Assembly (NCBI GenBank): GCA_038874075.1
Contig: JAVZDD010000001.1
Span: forward strand, 8,701 to 72,700
DNA from: Candidatus Nanoarchaeia archaeon
GTDB taxonomy: Archaea > Nanobdellota > Nanobdellia > Jingweiarchaeales > Jingweiarchaeaceae
Length of the DNA: 64,000 nucleotides
Direction of reading: 5' to 3'
The notes beneath the pieces were generated by a model. That model saw only the letters and a list, made by a program, of their open reading frames with translations. It was not told the DNA's origin and ran no database searches. Position 1 is the first letter of the stretch. Every line of letters begins with the position of its first letter. The translations under genes and the position numbers were made by a program. Positions 34,959-44,203 of the stretch are shown here, piece by piece.

Positions 34959-35710
34959 ATTTCATTCAATATATTCAGAAGATTTCTATCATTTCTTGAA
35001 AGTGAATAATTTGAAGATGGTACACTTGAAACTCTATCTATGAATCTACTTAAGAGTCTAAATTTACCGCTTTTCTCCTTGACTACACCTTTCTTTAACA
35101 ATTTTTCCAATGCATTTTTGTACATAATTACTCCTCTTTCAATTGGAATGAAGGAAAAGCTCCGATAATACGTTTCTGGAAGCGGTTTTTCGTTTGCTTG
35201 CAATAAGAAACCTTTACTTCTTATTTTATCAAATATCTCTTCAATTGTTTTTGCTCCGTCTTTAAGTGCAAAGTAAACATTGAAACAACTTACGTACTCT
35301 TGGTATTTTTTTATTCTACCCTCATCGTCCTTTAGTACATTAACTGGGAATGACATCATATTCCTTAGTTGGATTAATCTTTCATCGTATGGCATCGGTG
35401 GTCCATCAAAGACATCAAAGCTTATCGTCACAATTGGTCTACTTGGTAAACTCCAGAAATCTAATGATAAATCTACCTTATCCTGCAATTCATTTATTTC
35501 TTCTTCTCTAATTTTTTTTGTGAGGATAATGTCCAAATCTGGTGCTCTTTTTCCCAATTCCCTTGCAAGTCTAAATTGAATTTCTCTGTCATCAAAGTAG
35601 GCCCAAGAACCTGAAATTGCAGCATCATATCCTCTCACTAGTAACATCTCCTTTACAAGATTGACATCTTGCTCTGCCTTTTTAATTTTCATAAAAATCA
35701 CGATTTGCAT
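34943..35710 (-). CDS. Hypothetical protein
   Basis: 255 aa ORF with coding-like composition, overlaps neighbours by a few codons at each end; no recognisable motif. Confidence 0.4.
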   Translation of the reverse strand: MQIVIFMKIKKAEQDVNLVKEMLLVRGYDAAISGSWAYFDDREIQFRLARELGKRAPDLDIILTKKIREEEINELQDKVDLSLDFWSLPSRPIVTISFDVFDGPPMPYDERLIQLRNMMSFPVNVLKDDEGRIKKYQEYVSCFNVYFALKDGAKTIEEIFDKIRSKGFLLQANEKPLPETYYRSFSFIPIERGVIMYKNALEKLLKKGVVKEKSGKFRLLSRFIDRVSSVPSSNYSLSRNDRNLLNILNEIYEEE

Positions 35711-36513
35711 ATGGTCGTTCCAATTACTTTCTCGCCTAGAAGTGCTTTTTTTATCCTGTCTTTTTTCCTCGCATTCACGATCAATGATTCTATGCCAATT
35801 TCACTTAACTTAAGCAATTCTTCGATCTTTCTCCTCATACCACCGGTAACATCGATTTTCATTGAACCTCTTATTCCCTTTTCTATCGATTTGAAGTTCT
35901 TTGGCGTAATTTTTTCAATTAGCTTTGCATCTGGATTAATTTTAGGATCAGAAGTGAAAACACCATCTACATCCGTACCATGTATGATTTTCTTGGCATT
36001 CAAATACTTAGCAAGAAAAGGAACGATATCATCCCCAGATAATATTGAACACCCGCGTTTCTCATCGTATGCTGGAACTCCATATAGTGTTGGCACTAAA
36101 CCAAGTTCAACTAGTCCTTTTTCCACTTCAATGAACATCTTTTTTATTTTACCGTCTGACATAATCGCAGAAGCACTTGCTTGGCAAGGTATCGCTGGCA
36201 CACCCAAATCAATTAATTCCTTTGTCACGATTGAATTCAAATCATTTTGAAGTCTTTGCGTTTCAGCGAATGCCACTAATTGTTTTTTATTTTTAATTCC
36301 TTTATCAATTTTTGTTCTCTTCACGATTGGATGTCCGTATGATCCTGCCCCATGCACAAGAATTAATTTTACTCCTCTTTTATATGCGACTGCGATCTCC
36401 CTAGCTATCCTTCTCAGCACATCCAAATCAACACGTGGTACCTTGCTTTCTTTGCATGCAAATACGCTCCCACCGATTTTTAAAATTATTAATTGTTTGA
36501 TCACAATCACCAT
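35698..36513 (-). CDS. Amino-acid-kinase-fold protein, probable isopentenyl phosphate kinase
   Basis: N-terminal LIILKIGGSVF glycine-rich loop and LILVHGAGSYGHP motif of the AAK/IPK family; 271 aa; located in an isoprenoid-lipid gene neighbourhood. Confidence 0.6.
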   Translation of the reverse strand: MVIVIKQLIILKIGGSVFACKESKVPRVDLDVLRRIAREIAVAYKRGVKLILVHGAGSYGHPIVKRTKIDKGIKNKKQLVAFAETQRLQNDLNSIVTKELIDLGVPAIPCQASASAIMSDGKIKKMFIEVEKGLVELGLVPTLYGVPAYDEKRGCSILSGDDIVPFLAKYLNAKKIIHGTDVDGVFTSDPKINPDAKLIEKITPKNFKSIEKGIRGSMKIDVTGGMRRKIEELLKLSEIGIESLIVNARKKDRIKKALLGEKVIGTTICKS

Positions 36514-36549
36514 TAATTTTTAATCTAACTTTAATTTAAAAACTTATTT

Positions 36550-37479
36550 TCAAGTCAAGTTTAAAAACCTATTTTCATTTCCTGCGCTCAGTAAAACAAC
36601 CCTACTATCTTTTTTATCATCGATGATTTTATACCCTGAATAATCTGAAAGTTTATCAGCAAAACTTTTTATTTCTTCGAATCTTGGCATCGATTCTTCT
36701 CCTAACCTTTCTCTTGAAAAACCAACCCTCATATACGCCTTAACCTCAACAAAATTGGGAGAAGCTTTCTTTATCAGTTCAGCATAACCTTTAACACCAG
36801 TCATGTTAAGACCTTTCACAAGCGTTAATCTAATCACCTTCCTTGTTTTTATAGAGGGTAAAATCTCGAGGGTTTTGTTTAATCTATCCCAATTTCCTGG
36901 AACCAGTGGTTGACATGTTTTCTTGTATATGTTTTCATTTGGTGCAGCTAGAGTAATATAGAGCTGTGTTGGTGGTTCCATTTTTAGGAGCGCATCTGGA
37001 TTCGTACCATTAGAAACTAAAAAAGTGGTCATCTTCCTTTGATGGAAATATTTGATCAATTCCGATATCTTCGGATAAAGTGTAGGTTCTCCTGCCAGCG
37101 AAATTGCAACATGTTTTGGTTCAAATGCTTCTTCAACCTTTTTTTTATCCGCTTTCTCATCTCCTTTATAACCAATCAGCAAACTTCTCTGGGCTTCAAT
37201 TGATTTTTCAACAATTTCTTGTGGCTCATCAAAATCCCTCATTTTTATTTCTGTTCCTTGAAAACTCCTCCAACAAAAAATGCAGCTTTGCGTGCAGTAA
37301 GTAAGATTTGGTGTCATTTGCAAGCAACGGTGTGATTGGATACCATAAAATTGCTGTTTATAACAAAAACCGCGGTTCAGAATACTTTTCTTTGTCCATA
37401 AACAAAGCTTTACAGCACCATATTTGCCAATTATTTTATACCCTTGTCTTTGATACAATTTTATGAGTGCTTCATCCAT
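36550..37479 (-). CDS. taw1: Radical SAM tRNA 4-demethylwyosine synthase (Taw1/TYW1-like)
   Basis: C-x3-C-x2-C radical SAM motif within TYCTQSCIFCWRSFQG; N-terminal cysteine set (CLWTKKS...GFCY...HRCLQMTP) consistent with the auxiliary cluster of Taw1; 309 aa. Confidence 0.7.
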   Translation of the reverse strand: MDEALIKLYQRQGYKIIGKYGAVKLCLWTKKSILNRGFCYKQQFYGIQSHRCLQMTPNLTYCTQSCIFCWRSFQGTEIKMRDFDEPQEIVEKSIEAQRSLLIGYKGDEKADKKKVEEAFEPKHVAISLAGEPTLYPKISELIKYFHQRKMTTFLVSNGTNPDALLKMEPPTQLYITLAAPNENIYKKTCQPLVPGNWDRLNKTLEILPSIKTRKVIRLTLVKGLNMTGVKGYAELIKKASPNFVEVKAYMRVGFSRERLGEESMPRFEEIKSFADKLSDYSGYKIIDDKKDSRVVLLSAGNENRFLNLT

Positions 37480-37530
37480 ACAGTTTTAAAATCAAATTAC
37501 ATTATTAATATTTTTGAAAGTATAGAAAAA

Positions 37531-37538
37531 TTTAATAG
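37531..37538 (+). promoter_or_regulatory. Candidate TATA box for the tRNA-Gly gene
   Basis: tttaatag located ~24-31 nt upstream of the tRNA 5' end (archaeal TATA consensus TTTAWATA at about -26). Confidence 0.35.
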
Positions 37539-37561
37539 AATTTATTTCATTATTAAATCGT

Positions 37562-37633
37562 GCGGTTGTAGTCTAGCGGTTAGGACTTGTCCCTGCCACG
37601 GACAGAACCCGGGTTCAAATCCCGGCAACCGCA
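37562..37633 (+). tRNA. tRNA-Gly (anticodon GCC), no encoded CCA, no intron
   Basis: Acceptor stem GCGGTTG/CAACCGC, D-arm TAGTCTAGCGGTTAGGACT, anticodon stem TGTCC/GGACA with loop CTGCCAC, T-arm CCGGGTTCAAATCCCGG, discriminator A. Confidence 0.85.
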
Positions 37634-37644
37634 TTGTTGAGAAT

Positions 37645-38289
37645 ATGGGTGAAATTGAAGGTATTATTTTTGATATCGATGGTGTAATAATAGATTCTGA
37701 AGAAGCGCTTTATAGATACTATCGTGATTTGTTCTTACAATTTGGTTTCAAAGAGATTAAAAGAGAAAGAATAATGAAATTCAATGGTTATGCTGATAGA
37801 GATTGGATTACTGCACTTCTTCCAAAAAGTGAAAGGAAGAACAAGAACTTAGTAAATGAGATGGTGAAAATTGGTGTGAGGATATATGGTCCTTACTATT
37901 TGGCTAAATATGCTAAATTGTTTAATGGTGCAAAGCAGATACTTAAAGAATTGAAGAAGAGATATGAATTGGCAATTGTTACAAACAACACGAGAGGAGA
38001 TGTACGAATCATAATAAAGAAATTTGGGCTTGGTGGAATCTTCGATGCCATAGTCACAATTAATGATGTGAAAAATCCAAAGCCATCACCAGAACCTCTC
38101 ATCCTAGCATCTAAAAAACTAGGAATTCCGAGGCAAAATTTGCTTTATATTGGGGATACTAAAGTAGACAGAGAAACAGGTAGAAGGGCAAAGATAAAAA
38201 CAATCATTATAAACAAGAATGGTAAACCAGATTACAGCTTATTGAGAAAGTATTTACCCAAATATTTGGCACCTAAGTACAATAAGTAA
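37645..38289 (+). CDS. HAD-superfamily hydrolase (phosphatase/beta-phosphoglucomutase-like)
   Basis: Motif I IIFDIDGVIIDSE, motif III K...VTNNTRGD region, motif IV YIGDTKVDRETG; start moved to ATG 37645 because the 37444 in-frame extension runs through the tRNA gene. Confidence 0.7.
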   Translation: MGEIEGIIFDIDGVIIDSEEALYRYYRDLFLQFGFKEIKRERIMKFNGYADRDWITALLPKSERKNKNLVNEMVKIGVRIYGPYYLAKYAKLFNGAKQILKELKKRYELAIVTNNTRGDVRIIIKKFGLGGIFDAIVTINDVKNPKPSPEPLILASKKLGIPRQNLLYIGDTKVDRETGRRAKIKTIIINKNGKPDYSLLRKYLPKYLAPKYNK

Positions 38290-39290
38290 TCGTTCTTTTC
38301 GAATACCTTATACAACAAAAGTGCGATTCTTCTTGTTTTTTTGAGTTGTGGTAGTATTAATTGATTAACCCTCTCCTCATATTCATGTAAGTTCGCAATT
38401 GTGTAGTCTAAATGCTTCTTTGATGTTTTTATGATTGCTTCGCTTGCCATTTTAGCGCAGGCAGTTGAGATATTAATGCCTCCGCCTGTCAAACAATCAA
38501 TCTGGGAGGCTGCATCTCCGACCAGAATCCCATGGTTAAAAACACACCTCATGGGCAAACTTGCAGGTAAATATGCACCCCTCAGCTCCTTAGCACCAAA
38601 TTCTTTTTTTATAAATTCCATCCTTTCTCTAACCTCTTCTGCTGTAAGAGCTCCTGTTCCTATATTATATTCATTCTTTTTTGGGAATTTCCATGCATAT
38701 CCACTACTTGAGTATTTTTTACCAAAGTAAAATTTAATCTCGTGATCATCAACTTTTTTCTTTGCTTTACCTTCTACGGCAAAACCCAACATTGGATCTG
38801 GCATTCCAAAAAATTTCCTGACAATTGAAAGTGCACCATCACAACCAACAATAAGTTTGCATTTTATGTTCTGGGGCTCAACGACAATACCATCACTTTC
38901 CTTTCTAATCCGATTAACCCTTTGCCCCATCCTTATTTCTCCTCCTTTTTTTCTTACTTGCTTCGCTATCTCGGCTTCAACTTTTTCTTTATCAAGCATC
39001 CAATATTCATGATCAATTTCTGCTCCGATTTCAAATTTATTTGGGAAGAACAATCTGAATTTTGTTATTATGTTCTCAATTCCTTTTTTTGATTCGTAGA
39101 GTGATGGGAAGGAATAACCAAATCTACTTGTAGTACTTACGCATTCACCGCATGCTTTTTGAAAAAATTTTTTATGCTCTTCAAGTAAAACAAAATCCCT
39201 TTTTTCCTCGGCTAGGAACTTTGCTAGGATGAGCCCAGCTGGTCCACCTCCAACAACCACTATTTCCCGTTTCTCCATCATTCCACGCAT
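38232..39290 (-). CDS. FAD-dependent geranylgeranyl reductase (digeranylgeranylglycerophospholipid reductase family)
   Basis: N-terminal FAD-binding VVVGGGPAGLILAKFLAEE...LLEE, conserved C..C segment (KACGECVS); 352 aa; adjacent to GGGPS. Confidence 0.75.
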   Translation of the reverse strand: MRGMMEKREIVVVGGGPAGLILAKFLAEEKRDFVLLEEHKKFFQKACGECVSTTSRFGYSFPSLYESKKGIENIITKFRLFFPNKFEIGAEIDHEYWMLDKEKVEAEIAKQVRKKGGEIRMGQRVNRIRKESDGIVVEPQNIKCKLIVGCDGALSIVRKFFGMPDPMLGFAVEGKAKKKVDDHEIKFYFGKKYSSSGYAWKFPKKNEYNIGTGALTAEEVRERMEFIKKEFGAKELRGAYLPASLPMRCVFNHGILVGDAASQIDCLTGGGINISTACAKMASEAIIKTSKKHLDYTIANLHEYEERVNQLILPQLKKTRRIALLLYKVFEKNDYLLYLGAKYLGKYFLNKL

Positions 39291-40003
39291 TTTATAAATT
39301 TCTTCATTAGTTTTAAAATTTTCGTTGGCTCTTTTTTCTCGAGAACGGTGCTGAGAACTACTTTATCACTACCGCATTTGAAAAACTTTCTTACCTGAGA
39401 AGGATTTCTAATTCCTCCGCCAACAATCAATACACATCTTTTTAGCATTCTCCTTGCCCTCTTTACAATGTTATAATCAACCGGTTTTTTTGCTCCTGAT
39501 CCTGCCTCTAAATATAACACATTTGAATCTTTTCTTAGCCTAAATTTTTTGATTATCTCGAGTACCTTTTCCTTGCTTATCTTTTTAGCACCAACTTTTT
39601 TACCAACCCTACTGAATGGTCCAAATATTAGATATCCAAAATTTATTGTCTTCTCACTACTTTTAACGATGAATCTACCAATTAAACTACGAATGTATGT
39701 AAAATTAAATGAATAATTGAGGAGAATCGGTGCCATTATTTTGTCTACATAATCATAAGCCAGTATACCTTGCATTATCCTACCTGGAAAGAGTATGATT
39801 GGAGAAAGACGCTCCTCTTTCAGCTTCCTTGCCCACTTCATCACTTCAAAACCACTTTCTTTTGTGCAACCAATCCAAAATTCAACGTGTTTTTTTAAAA
39901 AGTTCTTATTATATTCATTCTTCAACATACGACACGCTTTAAAAAAATTTCCAATTTCTTTTTTACTTGGATCCAACAAAAAACATATTTTTTTTGTTCT
40001 CAT
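39278..40003 (-). CDS. Geranylgeranylglyceryl phosphate synthase (GGGPS/PcrB family TIM barrel)
   Basis: FLLDPSK N-terminal motif, YLEAGSGAKKP and C-terminal GGGIRNPSQV phosphate-binding motifs; 241 aa. Confidence 0.75.
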   Translation of the reverse strand: MRTKKICFLLDPSKKEIGNFFKACRMLKNEYNKNFLKKHVEFWIGCTKESGFEVMKWARKLKEERLSPIILFPGRIMQGILAYDYVDKIMAPILLNYSFNFTYIRSLIGRFIVKSSEKTINFGYLIFGPFSRVGKKVGAKKISKEKVLEIIKKFRLRKDSNVLYLEAGSGAKKPVDYNIVKRARRMLKRCVLIVGGGIRNPSQVRKFFKCGSDKVVLSTVLEKKEPTKILKLMKKFIKCVE

Positions 40004-40092
40004 AATATTTATAAGTAGCCCGGACTTTTTTTATTTTATGTATTTAAAAAAATATCGCCCAGTTTCTTTTATTAAATTTAAATTTATATAAA

Positions 40093-41187
40093 ATGGTGAG
40101 TAGGATGGGTAAAAAGATAGATATTCAAAAAATTTTGAAGCAAAAGACACCTTTAATAGACAAGAAAATTGAGGAGTTTATCCCAAGAAAATTTAATGAA
40201 GCTAAGCTTGAATTCATCGCTGGAAAGCCATCTTATAAATATGATGTCGATGCAATTACGAAGGCAATCTCGCTCCCTGTTTGGGATTTTCTAGATAGGG
40301 GTGGAAAAAGATGGAGACCCACGCTTTTCCTACTATTTCTAGAAGCGCTGGGTAAAAATCCAGAGAAATACATTGATTTCGTTTTGATACCTGAACTTCT
40401 ACATAATGGAAGTATAATAATAGATGATATTGAGGACATGAGCGAGGAGAGGAGGGGTAAACCTGCACTTCATAAGATATTCGGTGAGGACATCGCAATA
40501 AATGCAGGTAATTGCCTCTATTATCTATCACTATTGCCTTTATTAAAAAATAGGGCAAAGCTTGACCAAAAAACACTTTTGAAGATTTATGAGATGTATG
40601 CGCAAGAGATGATAAGAATACATCTTGGGCAAGCAACGGACATTGCTTGGCACCGAGGTCTTGCAAGTGCAAATGAAATATCTGAAGAAGAGTACTTGGA
40701 GATGTGTTCAAATAAGACAGGTTGCATTTCCCGAGTTGCAGCTAAGCTTGCAGCAATTATTGCTGGAAAAAGCGACGAAGAAATTGAAAAAATTGGAAAA
40801 TTTGCGGAAATGATTGGAATTGCGTTTCAAATCCAAGATGATATACTAAATCTCGTGGGTGAAGAATTCGCAAGGGGGAAGGGTGGGCTAGGAGAAGACA
40901 TAACGGAGGGGAAAAGGAGTTTATTAGTAATTCACACGCTAAAAAAAGCGAATGAAAGGGATAGAAATAGGCTCATAGAAATATTGGAAATGCACACAAC
41001 AGACCAAAGAATTAGGAATGAGGCAATAGATATCATAAAAAAATACCATTCAATTGAATATGCAAAAGAAAGAGCGAGGGAACTGGTAATGAAGGCATGG
41101 AATGACATTGACAAGATTCTGCCTGCATCAAAAGCAAAAGAAGAGCTGAGAGCTTTTGCGTATTACTTAATTGAAAGAAAGATATAG
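40093..41187 (+). CDS. idsA: Polyprenyl (geranylgeranyl) diphosphate synthase
   Basis: First Asp-rich motif IIIDDIEDMSEERRGKP, second Asp-rich motif FQIQDDILN; 364 aa trans-prenyltransferase fold. Confidence 0.85.
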   Translation: MVSRMGKKIDIQKILKQKTPLIDKKIEEFIPRKFNEAKLEFIAGKPSYKYDVDAITKAISLPVWDFLDRGGKRWRPTLFLLFLEALGKNPEKYIDFVLIPELLHNGSIIIDDIEDMSEERRGKPALHKIFGEDIAINAGNCLYYLSLLPLLKNRAKLDQKTLLKIYEMYAQEMIRIHLGQATDIAWHRGLASANEISEEEYLEMCSNKTGCISRVAAKLAAIIAGKSDEEIEKIGKFAEMIGIAFQIQDDILNLVGEEFARGKGGLGEDITEGKRSLLVIHTLKKANERDRNRLIEILEMHTTDQRIRNEAIDIIKKYHSIEYAKERARELVMKAWNDIDKILPASKAKEELRAFAYYLIERKI

Positions 41188-41490
41188 GTGTTCATAGTGG
41201 AAGAGGAAGCAAGAGAATACGTAAATTCAATCAATAAAAATGGGTTGAAAGCAGCTTTTACTTATGGTGATCCTGCTGGAAAGGACATAGATTTGTGTAT
41301 TGTCTCTGAAAAACCAGAACTCATTACAAAACCTCCTGAAGGTATAGACTTAAAGGTTCTAAAACCAAAAGAATTTGAAGAAAAGCTAAATCACTTCGGT
41401 AAACAAGCAGTCGAATTCAGAACTATCATAGGTAAAGAGTATCTCGCTGACATTATAAAAAAACTCAGTTTAAAGATATCTCTGAAGTAG
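41188..41490 (+). CDS. Small hypothetical protein (possible minimal nucleotidyltransferase-like)
   Basis: 100 aa, start overlaps idsA stop; weak G-x...DID pattern (TYGDPAGKDIDLCIV). Confidence 0.3.
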   Translation: MFIVEEEAREYVNSINKNGLKAAFTYGDPAGKDIDLCIVSEKPELITKPPEGIDLKVLKPKEFEEKLNHFGKQAVEFRTIIGKEYLADIIKKLSLKISLK

Positions 41491-41495
41491 CTCAC

Positions 41496-41906
41496 TCATC
41501 TCTTCAAAGCTTCCTTAACATCTTTTTTTATTCCTTCATGAATTTTATATTTTCCTATATCCTCTGGTTTTATCCATTTATAATCATCATGCTCTTTACT
41601 TAGTTTTATTTTTCCCCCACTATATCTGCAGAGGAGCGTTATACCAATTACTTGTGTTTTTCTGTTTTCTTTAAAAAATGTCCAGATCCTAACTGGTCTA
41701 ATAATCTTAACTTTTATTCCAGTTTCTTCCTTTATTTCTCTTTGTAGTGCTTTCTCAGGCTCTTCACCGAATTTAATTTTACCACCAGGTATATCCCATT
41801 CCTCTTTAAAAACATCTTCGGTGCTACTTCGCCTAAGTATTAGAATCCTCCTACCTTTGAAAATGACTGCTTTTAAAGCAAGATAAATTTTTTGCAATTG
41901 AATCAA
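41496..41906 (-). CDS. NUDIX hydrolase
   Basis: Nudix box GGKIKFGEEPEKALQREIKEETGI (G-x5-E-x7-REU-x-EE-x-G-U); 136 aa. Confidence 0.75.
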   Translation of the reverse strand: MIQLQKIYLALKAVIFKGRRILILRRSSTEDVFKEEWDIPGGKIKFGEEPEKALQREIKEETGIKVKIIRPVRIWTFFKENRKTQVIGITLLCRYSGGKIKLSKEHDDYKWIKPEDIGKYKIHEGIKKDVKEALKR

Positions 41907-42529
41907 CTTTCAATCTCTTCTAATATCCTTTCAATAATTTCCTGGTCAACTTCTTCAATTTCTTTATTAGTCGTGTCTATCTTAATAACCTTACGATGTC
42001 TCTTTAATTTTTCCTCCAATTTTTCCTCCATCTTGTTCATCAATTTTTCATTTTTCAAATCGGTGATGTCTATTTTTGTTAGATCTTTTTTCTTGAGCAT
42101 TCTATCTTTTTTTTCCTCATTGCTACATACCAAGTAAATTACAATGTCCGGTTTAGATGAAAGTCTTTGTAGTTTTTCGGCAATTTTTTTATCGATTTCT
42201 CTAATCACGTTTCCCCTGTGTACATCACTAAAAACCTCTAATGATGGTAGGTACCTATCAGCAACGACGATGTAATTATTTGATACTTCTTTTCTTATGT
42301 TTAAATCATTTAGATAAAAATCAGTAAAGTAAAGAACATCATGTAGTAATTCTGGGGTAGGAGTCCTAACAACTTGCCTAACCAAACTACCAAACTTACT
42401 GTTGGAAAGTGCATTTTTTTTATAAACGGCATTGTAACCTAATTTATTGAGTGCTTCCACTAAATTCTTTGCGTGTGTTGTTTTTCCCGCACAAGTAACT
42501 CCTTCAAACACGATGTATTTACCTCGCAT
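41903..42529 (-). CDS. P-loop nucleoside/nucleotide kinase (thymidylate-kinase-like)
   Basis: N-terminal KYIVFEGVTCAGKTT Walker A in the position seen in dTMP kinases; 208 aa. Confidence 0.5.
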   Translation of the reverse strand: MRGKYIVFEGVTCAGKTTHAKNLVEALNKLGYNAVYKKNALSNSKFGSLVRQVVRTPTPELLHDVLYFTDFYLNDLNIRKEVSNNYIVVADRYLPSLEVFSDVHRGNVIREIDKKIAEKLQRLSSKPDIVIYLVCSNEEKKDRMLKKKDLTKIDITDLKNEKLMNKMEEKLEEKLKRHRKVIKIDTTNKEIEEVDQEIIERILEEIES

Positions 42530-42544
42530 TTTTCATCACTTTTA

Positions 42545-44203
42545 CTACCAATAAATAGTATAATTTATATTTTTAGCTTTTTCGTATTCTGAAATAAGGT
42601 CTTTTTTACTCACCTCTGTTTTTATGATGTTCCACGGAAGTACTTCAGCAAATTCTCTTTTTCTGAGATAGAACCTTAAGCTCCTCTTGTTCAATTTGAG
42701 TGCTTTATACCATGCGTCCAAATCATTCCCAAGTTTGTATGCATCATAAAGAATTTTACCTGCGATTCTGTCACCCCTAACCAGAATACCCTCAATGACA
42801 AGTTGTTCTTTTGTCATTAGTTCCACTTTTGTATTTTTCATTTTTCCTACTTTACTTTTTATAAAATTGATTTTTTTCATGTATTCGTTGTAACTTAATT
42901 GTCTATCCCATTGAAAGGGAGTAAATGGTTTTTTAATGTGGCAATTTATGTGAAGGATTAATTTTATTCCTTTTCCACCATACTCATCCAATTTCTTTCT
43001 AACTTTTTTTATGAGATCTGCTAATTCTTCTAGGTCTTTTTTTGTTTCGAATGGAAATCCTATAATTAGGAATAATTGTAATTTTGGAATTCCCATTTTA
43101 ACAAACATTTTAATTGAGTTAAACAGTTGATCATCGCTAATCATCTTATTTATCTTATACCTCAATCTTAAACTTGTCTCCGGAGCAATCGTGAATATGT
43201 CATTGTCTATAAGCTCCAAAAATGATGCTGAAAGCATATCCGCACGTTGTGATCCAACAATTATCTTATATCCCATTCCCTTAAGCTTTTTCAATACATA
43301 CAAAATGTCTGGATGTGCATCTTCTGATGGAGCAATCAATCTTATTTTATCTGTGTAATTTCTCAATTTTCTTGCTATTTTTATGATGATCTCTTTCTTT
43401 CTGAAACGTTGAGGTCTGAACATATAACTCAACATACAAAATCTACACCCTCGATTACAACCTCTTGCGATTTCAATCGAACAAAGATTTGATTCAAGAG
43501 AAAAAGGAGAAACAATGAAATGTTGGAAATAGTTTATGTTGTTTGTATATCTTTTTTCTACTTTACTTGCAGCTGGCGCTATAGTTACTATTCTACTTAT
43601 TTTATTGTCGTTTGAATATTTGATCTTGTATAAGGATGGTACATAAACACCTTTTATTTTTGCGAACTCTCTCAAAATTTCACTTTTCTTTTTGTTTCTA
43701 TACTTTTTATACACTTTCAATAATTCTTTAATTGTATCTTCGGCCTCTCCTATTACAAATACATCAAAAAAAAGTGAAAGTGGTTCAGGGTTATATGATG
43801 CACATGTACCTCCGCCAATTATGATTGGTCTCTCTCTTTCACTTGCAAAGACCGGTATTCCGGTGTTTTCTAGTATTTTTAATATATTTGGATATAACAA
43901 TTCATAATGCAGCGTGAAACTGATAACTTCAAATTCTTTGAGTTTCGTCTGTGTTTCTATGGTTAATACTTCCTTCTCTTTTTTCTGTAAGAAGAATCGT
44001 TCACAAAAAGTATCTTTATCTCTGTTCAACAGAAAATAAATCAGCTGAAATCCAACACATAACATCCCATACTTGTATTCATCTGGATAACCATGGGCCC
44101 ATCTAATCAAATTTTTTCTTTTCAAAAGTGCAATCTTATTTTTAATATTAACTGGGTTACCTTTTTCTGATCTCAATAATTTCTTTAAATATTCCCTATA
44201 CAT
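42545..44203 (-). CDS. Radical SAM protein with N-terminal B12-binding-like domain (class B-like)
   Basis: 552 aa; CNRGCRFC (C-x3-C-x2-C) about 230 aa from the N-terminus, preceded by a Rossmann-like region (VFVIGEAEDTIKEL). Confidence 0.6.
   Translation of the reverse strand: MYREYLKKLLRSEKGNPVNIKNKIALLKRKNLIRWAHGYPDEYKYGMLCVGFQLIYFLLNRDKDTFCERFFLQKKEKEVLTIETQTKLKEFEVISFTLHYELLYPNILKILENTGIPVFASERERPIIIGGGTCASYNPEPLSLFFDVFVIGEAEDTIKELLKVYKKYRNKKKSEILREFAKIKGVYVPSLYKIKYSNDNKISRIVTIAPAASKVEKRYTNNINYFQHFIVSPFSLESNLCSIEIARGCNRGCRFCMLSYMFRPQRFRKKEIIIKIARKLRNYTDKIRLIAPSEDAHPDILYVLKKLKGMGYKIIVGSQRADMLSASFLELIDNDIFTIAPETSLRLRYKINKMISDDQLFNSIKMFVKMGIPKLQLFLIIGFPFETKKDLEELADLIKKVRKKLDEYGGKGIKLILHINCHIKKPFTPFQWDRQLSYNEYMKKINFIKSKVGKMKNTKVELMTKEQLVIEGILVRGDRIAGKILYDAYKLGNDLDAWYKALKLNKRSLRFYLRKREFAEVLPWNIIKTEVSKKDLISEYEKAKNINYTIYW

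Noticed and set aside
35669-36250. 193-aa plus-strand ORF
   Set aside because: Antisense to the amino-acid-kinase (IPK-like) gene, which carries recognisable family motifs. No motifs of its own.
37400-37700. Integrated mobile element at the tRNA-Gly gene
   Set aside because: tRNA genes are common integration sites, but no integrase/recombinase, direct repeat of the tRNA 3' end or phage-like genes are present on either side. Flanks are housekeeping lipid and tRNA-modification genes.
42545-44203. Assigning the B12-type radical SAM specifically as a GDGT ring synthase or tetraether synthase
   Set aside because: Only the generic radical SAM motif and a B12-like N-terminal domain are visible. 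Family-level assignment needs a profile search or phylogeny, so it is kept as generic radical SAM.
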